Shown here: positions 20,108 to 28,644 of the stretch, in pieces
Layout of the letters: every line of letters starts with the position of its first letter
How positions within the stretch are numbered: the first letter of the stretch is position 1
Assembly (NCBI GenBank): GCA_024762235.1
Contig: JANTHT010000003.1
Span: 1-43,829, forward strand
Length of the DNA stretch: 43,829 nucleotides
DNA from: Sulfurospirillum sp.
GTDB lineage: Bacteria > Campylobacterota > Campylobacteria > Campylobacterales > QNZT01
Direction: 5' to 3'
Notes under the pieces: model-generated
What the model was told of the DNA's origin: nothing
Database searches by the model: none
Seen by the model: only the letters and a program-made list of their open reading frames with translations
Program-made: the position numbers and the translations under genes

Positions 20108-22482
20108 CAAGTAAGATGATCACAGTCACCAAACGTAACGGTAGAATAGAACCGTTAGACATAACGAAAATACAAAAGTATACCAGTGAAGCGGTAGAAG
20201 GGCTTGAAAATGTGAGTCAGAGTGAACTGGAACTCGATGCGAGAATCCAGTTCCGGGACAAGATCACGACCGAAGAGATCCAGATGACACTGGTCAAAAC
20301 GGCGGTTGATAAAATCGATGTCGACCGTCCTGACTGGACTTTCGTCGCGGCACGTCTCTTCCTCTACGATCTCTACCATAAGGTGAGCCATTTCACAGGC
20401 TATACATCACTGAGGGACTATTTTGAGAAAGGCGAGAAAGAGGGGCGTATTGTACTTGGACTGAAAGAGAAGTATGACCTAGACGATCTCGATGCCTACA
20501 TCAGACCGGAGCGTGATCTGCAGTTTACCTATCTTGGGATTCGTACGCTTTACGATCGCTATCTGCTCAAGGACAGAAAGGGGGATCCTATCGAACTGCC
20601 GCAGCATATGTTCATGGCGATCGCGATGTTTCTGGCGCAAAACGAGTTCAATCCCCAGGACTGGGCGAAGAAGTTTTACGATCTGATCTCAAAATTTGAA
20701 GTCATGCTGGCGACACCGACACTTTCCAATGCCAGAACACCGAGACACCAACTCAGCTCATGCTATATCGGAAGTACACCGGACAATATTGAAGGCATTT
20801 TCGATGGATATAAAGAGATGGCGCTATTGAGTAAATTCGGCGGCGGTATCGGCTGGGACTGGTCGACTGTCAGAGGACTTGGAAGTTCTATAGACGGACA
20901 CAGAAATGCGGCGGGAGGTATCGTGCCGTTTCTGAAGATCGCAAACGATGTCGCGATCGCGGTCGATCAGTTGGGAACGCGAAAGGGTGCGATCGCAGTC
21001 TATGTAGAGCCATGGCATATCGATATCATCGATTTTCTCGATCTTAAAAAGAACTCAGGAGAGGAGCGACGGCGTGCGCACGACCTTTTTCCCGCTTTGT
21101 GGATCAACGATCTCTTCATGAAACGGGTCGAAGAGAATGGCATGTGGACGCTTTTTGATCCGCTCGATACACCCGATCTGCCTGCGCTCTACGGTGAAGC
21201 GTTCGAGAAGCGCTATCATGAGTATGAAGCGGATGAGTCGATCATCAAAGAGACGATCAGTGCCAAAGATCTGTGGAAAAAGGTGCTGTTGAGTTACTTT
21301 GAAACCGGCAATCCGTTTCTCTGCTTCAAAGACAACGCGAACAGAGCGAATCCCAACAGCCATAAAGGTGTGATCAGAAGTTCCAACCTCTGTACGGAGA
21401 TTTTTCAAAATACCGATCCCAATTACTACAAAATGCGTATCAAGTTTACGGATGGCACGGTGATGTACTTTGATGAAGAGGAAGAGGTTGCAGTGGACAG
21501 CGGCATAGTCAAGAAAGCGAAGAAGATAACCGCTCTTGACAGTATCAAAGGTGTGCAGGTCGATATCGTCGAGAAAGAGAAGGTGGACGGTAAAACGGCA
21601 GTCTGCAATCTGGCGAGTGTCAATCTCTCAAAAATCAATACCAAAGAGGATATTGAGCGTATCATGCCGGTAGCGATACGGATGCTGGACAATGTGATCG
21701 ATCTCAATTTCTATCCGCTCGAAAAAGTGAAAAAGACCAATCTCGCAAGTCGTTCCATCGGACTGGGTGTGATGGGTGAAGCACAGATGCTCGCGGAAGC
21801 GGGTATTGAGTGGGGCAGCGATGCTCACTTGTACAAGATCGATGAAGTGATGGAGATGATCAGTTATAACGTCATCAAAGCCTCTTCGAATCTGGCGCTT
21901 GAAAAGGGAAGTTATCCGGATTTCGAAGGTTCCAACTGGTCCAAAGGGATCTTCCCTGTCGATGTCGCCAACGATGAGGCGAAAAAGCTCGTCGATCGTG
22001 GCGGTCTCTTCGGCTACACCTATGATTGGCAGAAACTCAGAGAGAAAGTCAAAAAAGATGGTATGCGCAACGGTTACCTGATGGCGATAGCACCGACCAG
22101 CTCCATCTCCATTCTGGTGGGAACGACACAGGCGATAGAGCCTATCTACAAGCGAAAATGGTTCGAAGAGAATCTGAGTGGTATGATTCCCGTCGTAGCT
22201 CCGAAAATGAGTCCTGAAACATGGTCCTACTATACACCTGCTTACAATCTCGACCAGCGACTGCTTATCAAGGCGGCTGCGATCCGTCAGAAGTGGATCG
22301 ATCAGGGGCAGAGTCTCAATATCTTCATAACACTCGATAAAGCGAGTGGAAAGTATCTCAACGATATCTACATGCTGGGTTGGAAACTCGGCCTCAAATC
22401 GACCTACTATCTCAGAAGCCAGTCACCCGAGAGTGAGTCGAGTGTCGCGGACCGCAGCATGGAGTGTCTTAGCTGCCAGTAA
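20104..22482 (+). CDS. nrdA: Class I ribonucleotide reductase alpha subunit with ATP cone
   Basis: VTKRNG ATP cone, ATPTLSN, QLSSC, SNLCTEI, VCNLAS, IAPTSSIS, KSTYY, C-terminal ECLSC. Confidence 0.97.
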   Translation: MTSKMITVTKRNGRIEPLDITKIQKYTSEAVEGLENVSQSELELDARIQFRDKITTEEIQMTLVKTAVDKIDVDRPDWTFVAARLFLYDLYHKVSHFTGYTSLRDYFEKGEKEGRIVLGLKEKYDLDDLDAYIRPERDLQFTYLGIRTLYDRYLLKDRKGDPIELPQHMFMAIAMFLAQNEFNPQDWAKKFYDLISKFEVMLATPTLSNARTPRHQLSSCYIGSTPDNIEGIFDGYKEMALLSKFGGGIGWDWSTVRGLGSSIDGHRNAAGGIVPFLKIANDVAIAVDQLGTRKGAIAVYVEPWHIDIIDFLDLKKNSGEERRRAHDLFPALWINDLFMKRVEENGMWTLFDPLDTPDLPALYGEAFEKRYHEYEADESIIKETISAKDLWKKVLLSYFETGNPFLCFKDNANRANPNSHKGVIRSSNLCTEIFQNTDPNYYKMRIKFTDGTVMYFDEEEEVAVDSGIVKKAKKITALDSIKGVQVDIVEKEKVDGKTAVCNLASVNLSKINTKEDIERIMPVAIRMLDNVIDLNFYPLEKVKKTNLASRSIGLGVMGEAQMLAEAGIEWGSDAHLYKIDEVMEMISYNVIKASSNLALEKGSYPDFEGSNWSKGIFPVDVANDEAKKLVDRGGLFGYTYDWQKLREKVKKDGMRNGYLMAIAPTSSISILVGTTQAIEPIYKRKWFEENLSGMIPVVAPKMSPETWSYYTPAYNLDQRLLIKAAAIRQKWIDQGQSLNIFITLDKASGKYLNDIYMLGWKLGLKSTYYLRSQSPESESSVADRSMECLSCQ

Positions 22483-22493
22483 GCGTCACTTCC

Positions 22494-22520
22494 GAAGGCG
22501 CCCGGCGCCTTCTTCTCTCC
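22494..22520 (+). terminator. Probable intrinsic terminator after nrdA
   Basis: GAAGGCGC-CCG-GCGCCTTC followed by a pyrimidine-rich tract. Confidence 0.6.
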
Positions 22521-22628
22521 TTCTAAAATTATATTATATTTCTTTATTTGTACTAAAATTTAAATTTATTTAAATATGACCTTCTTTTTTATACAATGGC
22601 TTGAAGTGTGTCAAAAGGAGTTTCAGAC

Positions 22629-23825
22629 ATGGGTAAAAAAACCTTAGCCGTGGTGGGAGTGGTTGTAAGTGCAGCGTTTATCTATTTTTGTGTCGAAAAC
22701 AAGAAAGATGCGATCGCCCTGAAATGCAATGCCCAGAATGTGATACACAAGATGACGGGTGATCAAACGGAAACGACCGATGAGCCGATCACAGAGGTGA
22801 AAGAACCGTCTGCTGATATCGCAAAAGCTGAGGTAAAGAAGAGCGAACCGGCTGCAATATTTGAAAAATCGGATCCCGCATTCGGGATGACAGTTGACGA
22901 TGTAGTCAATGTGGTTGGGATGTTTGCACCGGGTGCGAAAGAGGGTAGACTGATCCATTTTATCGATACGCTCTGCAGCCGGAAAGAGTGTCTGAACGAT
23001 TTGCGTTACAGTGACGATATCAAAAAAATCGGTTGGGACAAAGAGATGATCCAACTGATACAGTATATGTTGGAAGCCCATGTCGAGAAGGGATCGATCT
23101 ATGTCAATAGCAATATTCTCCATATAGAAGGCAAGATCGCCAGTGAAGCAGAGAAGCAGAGGCTGGATGAAATCATCACAGCTCTGAAAAAGCAGGGGTT
23201 GCAGATTGAAGATAAAACGGTTGCAGCATATGAACAAAGCGGAACGACAGAAGCTGTTGAGGTAGCGTCTGCAATAGGCGCTGTACCAAAAAAGAGTGAG
23301 AAACAAGATATCACCGAGATAGACAAAACGGCGGTAGCTGAGCCTGCGGCAAAACCTGCAGAGCTTGCGCATGAAACGTTGAAAGAAGAGAAAAAGGCGC
23401 AAATGCCAAAAGCGGCTGTAGTCGAAACACCCGTTGTTAAGGAGGTGCATGCAGAGAAACCTGCACCAAATGTGCAACAAATGGCAGAAGAGCATCCAAC
23501 TGTTACAGAAAAATCGGGTGATCTGAAAAAGCTGGAAGAGGCGCTGGTTTCGCAGATTGCAGACCGTGCATACAGACTGAGTGAAGTGGGTGAGAAGACC
23601 ATCGACCGGATCGCCGAACTGTTGCATGCGAGAGGTGCGCAAAAGATTGGAGTTTCTGTCTATGTCCACCAGGGGAAAGATAAACTTGTGAACATGATCA
23701 TCGCGCAGAAGAGGGCGGATATCCTCAAAAAAGCGTTGCGTAAAAGAGGTTTTAGAGATATCGTAGCCAACGGTGCCGCAGCAGAGGCGGGCAGTGACCG
23801 TATAGAGATCAGAGTGATAAAGTGA
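22629..23825 (+). CDS. Membrane-anchored protein with BON-like region, charged low-complexity linker and degenerate OmpA-like C-terminal domain
   Basis: N-terminal TM helix; LHIEGKIASEAEK; C-terminal NMIIAQKRADILKKAL...DRIEIRVI. ATG 22629 follows AAGGAG. Confidence 0.65.
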   Translation: MGKKTLAVVGVVVSAAFIYFCVENKKDAIALKCNAQNVIHKMTGDQTETTDEPITEVKEPSADIAKAEVKKSEPAAIFEKSDPAFGMTVDDVVNVVGMFAPGAKEGRLIHFIDTLCSRKECLNDLRYSDDIKKIGWDKEMIQLIQYMLEAHVEKGSIYVNSNILHIEGKIASEAEKQRLDEIITALKKQGLQIEDKTVAAYEQSGTTEAVEVASAIGAVPKKSEKQDITEIDKTAVAEPAAKPAELAHETLKEEKKAQMPKAAVVETPVVKEVHAEKPAPNVQQMAEEHPTVTEKSGDLKKLEEALVSQIADRAYRLSEVGEKTIDRIAELLHARGAQKIGVSVYVHQGKDKLVNMIIAQKRADILKKALRKRGFRDIVANGAAAEAGSDRIEIRVIK

Positions 23826-23834
23826 GGTAGAAAT

Positions 23835-24395
23835 ATGGCTGTAATGGGCGTGATTGTCACAGAGATGGTGTTTTGTCTGGTAGCGGCACTTGCAATAGGG
23901 GCTCTGTTTGCATACTTTTATGCAAAAGCGAGCGCCAGAGCGTTTTATGAGGACAAGATCGATGCACTGCAGGAGTTGTGCGAGTCGAAGCGCGAGGAAG
24001 CGGAAAAAATCAAAGCGTTGTACAGCAAACTGGAAGTTGAAAATGCCAGACTCGATGAAGAGGCGGTGCGATGTGAAGAGCTGCTAACACAATGCCGTGA
24101 AAACGAAGAGGAACTATTGGCGCAGCTGGACGTGATTGCGCAGGAGAACGCATCGTTACAGGAGAAAATGAGATATTCACAAAGTGCACAGAGTGATGTA
24201 TCGGGGCTCATCGAACAAATCAGCGCATTGAAAAAGTCCATAGAGCAAAAAAACGGGGATTTGGATGAAAATATCAAGGCAGAGGTTACCAGGGATCTGG
24301 ACGAAGCAGAACAGATGCTCAGGGAGGGTAAAAAACATAGTAAGATTACCGCTTTGATGCAGATGATTCTGGGAAAAATAAAACCTGATAAATGA
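23835..24395 (+). CDS. Single-pass membrane coiled-coil protein
   Basis: Hydrophobic N-terminus (EMVFCLVAALAIGALFAYFY) followed by an E/K/L heptad-rich region; GAGG RBS. Confidence 0.78.
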   Translation: MAVMGVIVTEMVFCLVAALAIGALFAYFYAKASARAFYEDKIDALQELCESKREEAEKIKALYSKLEVENARLDEEAVRCEELLTQCRENEEELLAQLDVIAQENASLQEKMRYSQSAQSDVSGLIEQISALKKSIEQKNGDLDENIKAEVTRDLDEAEQMLREGKKHSKITALMQMILGKIKPDK

Positions 24396-24485
24396 GAAAA
24401 GAGCCAATGGAAAATTCTTGATAAAGGCCTGCATGAGAATAAATCAGGAAAAATAGTCTATAATTTAATCAACAAGGAACAATGA

Positions 24486-25214
24486 ATGATTAAATTTATA
24501 GCAAATTCTCCACAGCTACAGAATATTACGAAAAGTCTGGAGTTGACAAAGAAGTTTTATGTCTCTTCACTTCTGATAGGAGAAAAGTGCAGCGGCAGAA
24601 AAACGCTTGCCAGATATATTTTGCCCAATGCACCGGTTGTAAACGGCAGTGATCTCCCTACCCTTCTCGAAGCTGTGTCAGAACACGAAGAGGTGATTAT
24701 CACAGATTTTGAAAAAGTGTCGAACTACTCTTTGCTCAACTTCGATAACAAGCGTGTCATCGCAACCGCACTCTATCAACCGAAAGATATGACAGTGGAC
24801 AGGCTTTTCGGACATATCTACGAGATTCCCCCTCTGAGAGAACGACCGGAAGATGCCGGAGCGCTGGCAGACATCTACATGAAAAATGCCAGGGAGATGC
24901 TCTCTTTCGACGAAGAGATAAAGATGGATCACGCGCGACTGGATCTTTCACAAAACAATCAGTCCCTTAAACGTCAGGTATTTAAACGTCTGATACTGAG
25001 CACTGTCGATGAGAGTGATATCGAAGCGTTGCTGTATGACTATTTTTCCGAAAATCTCAGAGGCGACAATGATTATAAAAAATATCTGCACCTTTATGAA
25101 AAACCGCTTATAAAAGCGGGACTTGCAAAATACAAATCTCAACTCAAACTCGCTTCCATTCTCGGTATCAACCGTAACACGCTGCGTAAGAAGGTCAACG
25201 AATATGGATTATGA
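24486..25214 (+). CDS. Fis-HTH regulator with a degenerate sigma54-activator AAA+ domain
   Basis: IGEKCSGRKT, IPPLRERPED, LASILGINRNTLRKK; no receiver domain and no GAFTGA. TATAAT at 24459-24464. Confidence 0.82.
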   Translation: MIKFIANSPQLQNITKSLELTKKFYVSSLLIGEKCSGRKTLARYILPNAPVVNGSDLPTLLEAVSEHEEVIITDFEKVSNYSLLNFDNKRVIATALYQPKDMTVDRLFGHIYEIPPLRERPEDAGALADIYMKNAREMLSFDEEIKMDHARLDLSQNNQSLKRQVFKRLILSTVDESDIEALLYDYFSENLRGDNDYKKYLHLYEKPLIKAGLAKYKSQLKLASILGINRNTLRKKVNEYGL

Positions 25215-25899
25215 TTACAAGTTTTTTATCGAGGACGATACGAACCCCTTCATACTCTTCATGAGTGACAAAAAGATAGCCTATCTCAACACTGCAGCCG
25301 AATATCTGCTCGGAAGAGTCAAAAAAGAGAAACTCTACGAACTGGCACTGATGCATGCGCCAAAAGTATACGGTACAAAAATCACCCACGTGGATCTCAA
25401 ATATGACGATCTGGGGTACTATGCCATCATGGTGGGATACAAAGATGACGAATATATAGGCATCAGACTCTATCAGAAAGTCAAGAAAAGGGTCATGAGC
25501 GCCAAAGAGCTGGGTAAATACACCCAAACCGATATCAACATGCTGATGGAAACCTGGATATCGATGATCAAACTCAATCACACATTTGATATACATCTGG
25601 TGACAGATATGGATATTCCGGAGTTCAAGATTTCACAAAATGATTTCTTTACAATTATGCGCAAGAGTTTTGAGAGTTTTCAGGAAGGAGACATACTGAA
25701 AATGACGCTTAAAATGCGCGTTGGTGAGAGTATCTATGTGCAAACAAAACGTCTGCAACTGGTCAAACTGGAGATAGAGAGCCAGCAGCCCCGTGACGAG
25801 AGCAACGATCTGGATATAGAGAAGATCTGCGAAGAGCACTATATCGATTTTTTATCGGATGAGAATCGTATCCGTTTTCTGATACCGATGCTCAGTTGA
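25204..25899 (+). CDS. Hypothetical PAS-like plus degenerate HATPase-like protein
   Basis: Start reassigned to ATG 25204, overlapping the upstream gene. NPFILF..DKKIAYLNTAAEYLLG (PAS-like); TDINML...TDMDIPEFKISQNDF. Confidence 0.65.
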   Translation: MDYDYKFFIEDDTNPFILFMSDKKIAYLNTAAEYLLGRVKKEKLYELALMHAPKVYGTKITHVDLKYDDLGYYAIMVGYKDDEYIGIRLYQKVKKRVMSAKELGKYTQTDINMLMETWISMIKLNHTFDIHLVTDMDIPEFKISQNDFFTIMRKSFESFQEGDILKMTLKMRVGESIYVQTKRLQLVKLEIESQQPRDESNDLDIEKICEEHYIDFLSDENRIRFLIPMLS

Positions 25900-26995
25900 G
25901 AGAAGGCCTGGAGAACATCAGCGCCAGCAAAGCTCCCAGCGCCACGACTCCCGAAACGAGAAAGAGATAAGGTCCGTAGGCATATCCGGCTGTCAGGGAG
26001 CCGAAAAAACCGCCCAGACCGAATCCTATACCGTAGTAAAACTGTGCTGCAAGCTTTTTGTCTGCATAGATCGTGTTGAGATAACTGAGTGTCGCCGTGT
26101 GATACAGTGCAAAGCTCAGCGCATGAAAACTCTGTGTAAGAAAAAGTATCGCCAGATTGTCCGCAAACGCAAAGAGCAGCAGCCATCGCACAGATGTGAC
26201 AAAAACCGTAAAGCGTATGATTTGCAAAAGCGGATAGCGCAGAAAACGCGCCTGATAGTAAAATAGAACGATTTCACAGATCACACCGAATGTCCAGAGA
26301 TAACTGATTGTCTCCAGCGAGAGGCCATGCTCGCTTTCGTAAATGGTAAAGAAACTGTAGAAAGCGCCGAAACTCACCTGCATCAGAAATATACTGATCC
26401 ATAACGGGAGTTCTTTCATAAATGCAAAAGGTTGGTTTTTGGGTGGTGCAGCTTCAAAATGGGCGCGATCGGAAGAGAGTCTCCAGGCAAAGAAGACACT
26501 GCCGAAAATCGTCAGTGCAATAGCATGCAGACCGATCACAGCGTTTTCCAGAAGCTTCGCAAGGAGCAGAGCGACGAAAATAAACCCTATAGAGCCGTAG
26601 AGACGCGATCGGCCGTAATACTCCTTCCTGAGCACTTCCAGCGCGTATGTTTCGATATAGGGCAGGACAAGACCGGAAGAGATGCCGTAGAGGATGTTTG
26701 TGAAAGCGAACATGAGAAATGTGTCGATCGTCAGGTAAAAGAGCGCGACAGTCGCAAGCATCGTGAGCAATGCGAGATGCAATACACGCCTGTTTAGTGC
26801 GAAATGCCTCAGGAAAAGAAACGGCGTGATAAAGCGCATCAGCGGCGCGATGGAGAAGATGATACCGATCTGCGTAGGTGTATAGCCGTAGTTTTGTAAA
26901 ATCTTCGGTAAAAAAATGACATAGACGCCTATCAGGGCGAAATAGAAAAAGAAAAAGGCGGAGATCTGAAAGAAATGGCTACTGTGTCGGGACAT
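25892..26995 (-). CDS. MFS transporter (HcaT/MFS_1-like)
   Basis: About 12 hydrophobic helices; YGRSRLYGSIGF, GVICEI, QSFHALSFALYH. Confidence 0.88.
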   Translation of the reverse strand: MSRHSSHFFQISAFFFFYFALIGVYVIFLPKILQNYGYTPTQIGIIFSIAPLMRFITPFLFLRHFALNRRVLHLALLTMLATVALFYLTIDTFLMFAFTNILYGISSGLVLPYIETYALEVLRKEYYGRSRLYGSIGFIFVALLLAKLLENAVIGLHAIALTIFGSVFFAWRLSSDRAHFEAAPPKNQPFAFMKELPLWISIFLMQVSFGAFYSFFTIYESEHGLSLETISYLWTFGVICEIVLFYYQARFLRYPLLQIIRFTVFVTSVRWLLLFAFADNLAILFLTQSFHALSFALYHTATLSYLNTIYADKKLAAQFYYGIGFGLGGFFGSLTAGYAYGPYLFLVSGVVALGALLALMFSRPSLN

Positions 26996-27461
26996 CTGTC
27001 TCTATGACGGCTGTGCCGCTGAGGAGGTCATGCAAGCCTCTGCGATCTTTTCGAAAGAGCGGTATCACAAGACCGACAAGTGTAAAAAGCAGTACATTGA
27101 AGTAGAGAAAGCGCAGTACGCCGAGTAAAAAGCCCGGTTTCTCCCCTGTCTGTACATCGATCAGTTTGAGGTCATAAGCTTTCAGTCCGGGTGTCTGTCC
27201 GCTGACGAAGTAAAAGGTGACGATAATGCAGCAAAGAGGGAAGAGGATATAGGCCCATCCCAGTAGCATGTTTTGTGCGAAACCTTCCCTGCTCCCCATC
27301 ACCAGATAGATGACGATATAGAAGATCGGCATCGAGATCAGAAATGTGTCGGTGATGAAAGCTTTGAAACGGCTGCGCAGTGAGGCATAGGGATAGTGCG
27401 GTTTTTCACTCTCTTTCCGAGCGGGCGCAACGCGCTTCTGTTTGACGTCACGCCAGCGCAT
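26979..27461 (-). CDS. RDD family membrane protein
   Basis: YASLRSRFKAFITD, GQTPGLK, RRGLHDLLSGT. Confidence 0.88.
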   Translation of the reverse strand: MRWRDVKQKRVAPARKESEKPHYPYASLRSRFKAFITDTFLISMPIFYIVIYLVMGSREGFAQNMLLGWAYILFPLCCIIVTFYFVSGQTPGLKAYDLKLIDVQTGEKPGFLLGVLRFLYFNVLLFTLVGLVIPLFRKDRRGLHDLLSGTAVIETDVPTQ

Positions 27462-28022
27462 CTACTGTAGTATCCTGGGCAGCGTGATACCCGTCTGAGA
27501 CTGATATTTGCCCGCTTTGTCTGCATAGGTGACTTCACAGGGTTCATCTCCCTCCAGAAAGAGTACCTGCGCGATCCCCTCGTTGGCATAGATCTTTGCC
27601 GGTAGCGGTGTCGTGTTGGAGATCTCTATGGTGATGTGCCCTTCGAAGCCCGGCTCGAACGGCGTGACATTGACGATGATACCGCATCTGGCATAGGTGC
27701 TCTTTCCCAGACAGATCGCCAGTACATTGTCAGGCATACGAAAATACTCGACAGTACGGGCGAGCGCGAAAGAGTTGGGCGGTACGATCGCCACATCGGC
27801 CTCGATATCGACGACATTCGCTTCGTCGAAATTTTTGGGATCGACAACGGTGGAGTTGACATTGGTAAATATCTTGAACTCGCGCCCTACTCTGATATCG
27901 TATCCGTAACTGCTCAATCCGTAACTGACGACATTTTTACCCACCTGCTCTTCACAGAACGGATCGATCATCTTCTCCTGCAGCGATTTTTCACGTATCC
28001 ATTTGTCGGCTTTTAATCCCAT
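27462..28022 (-). CDS. dcd: dCTP deaminase
   Basis: [46 protein letters not shown]. Start reassigned to ATG 28022; extended -10 TGCTATAAT at 28055-28047. Confidence 0.95.
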   Translation of the reverse strand: MGLKADKWIREKSLQEKMIDPFCEEQVGKNVVSYGLSSYGYDIRVGREFKIFTNVNSTVVDPKNFDEANVVDIEADVAIVPPNSFALARTVEYFRMPDNVLAICLGKSTYARCGIIVNVTPFEPGFEGHITIEISNTTPLPAKIYANEGIAQVLFLEGDEPCEVTYADKAGKYQSQTGITLPRILQ

Positions 28023-28060
28023 ATCTGTCTCTTTACTTTTTGACCCATTATAGCACAGCA

Positions 28061-28148
28061 ATATTTAGGAGACCTCCGGAAACCGCTGCAGAGGTATCGC
28101 TGAAGCTGTCAAAAAGAGAAAACGCTTTCCAGGTCATCTCCTAAACAT
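28061..28148. mobile_element. Possible MITE-like remnant with terminal inverted repeats between dcd and accB
   Basis: ATATTTAGGAGA ... TCTCCTAAACAT (11/12 match), with inner CCT..GGAAA / TTTCC.AGG also complementary; non-coding. Confidence 0.4.
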
Positions 28149-28188
28149 TTTTTAGTTATCATGCTGCAAATGATGAGGAGAATTCTGT

Positions 28189-28644
28189 ATGAAACATGAT
28201 CAAATCAAAGAGCTGATATCCATTTTCGATGAAAGTGATCTGACACGACTGAAAATCAATGACAAAGAGTTTTCGATAACCCTTGAAAAAGGGACATTGC
28301 AAGCCGTGACGAAGGCGCCGGCACCTCTCCATGAAGCTCTACCTGTTCCGGTTGCGGCACCTGCTGAGGGCGAAGTGCCGGAGATTGCCGAAAAGAGTCC
28401 TGCGGGCGATACGATAGATTCACCGATGGTCGGCACTTTCTATGTCGCACCGAGTCCGGGGGCCGCACCGTTTGTGAAAGTGGGCGACCGGGTTTCCAAA
28501 GGGGATACAGTGGGTATCGTCGAAGCGATGAAAATCATGAACGAAATCGAGGCGGAATTTGACTGTATCATCAAAAAGATGCTCGTCGAGGATGGGCAGC
28601 CCGTAGAGTTCGGTACACCGCTCTTTGAAGTGGAGAGAGTTTGA
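28189..28644 (+). CDS. accB: Biotin carboxyl carrier protein
   Basis: SPMVGTFY, EAMKIMNEI, VEFG. Confidence 0.96.
   Translation: MKHDQIKELISIFDESDLTRLKINDKEFSITLEKGTLQAVTKAPAPLHEALPVPVAAPAEGEVPEIAEKSPAGDTIDSPMVGTFYVAPSPGAAPFVKVGDRVSKGDTVGIVEAMKIMNEIEAEFDCIIKKMLVEDGQPVEFGTPLFEVERV

Noticed and set aside
21391-21606. Functional intein in nrdA
   Set aside because: The insert is too short, lacks TxxH and has no His-Asn before a Cys/Ser/Thr; it is kept only as a possible dead remnant.
24408-24422. Possible sigma54 promoter before the Fis-HTH gene (TGGAAAATTCTTGAT)
   Set aside because: It lacks the GG-N10-GC spacing, and a TATAAT sigma70-type box is present at 24459-24464.
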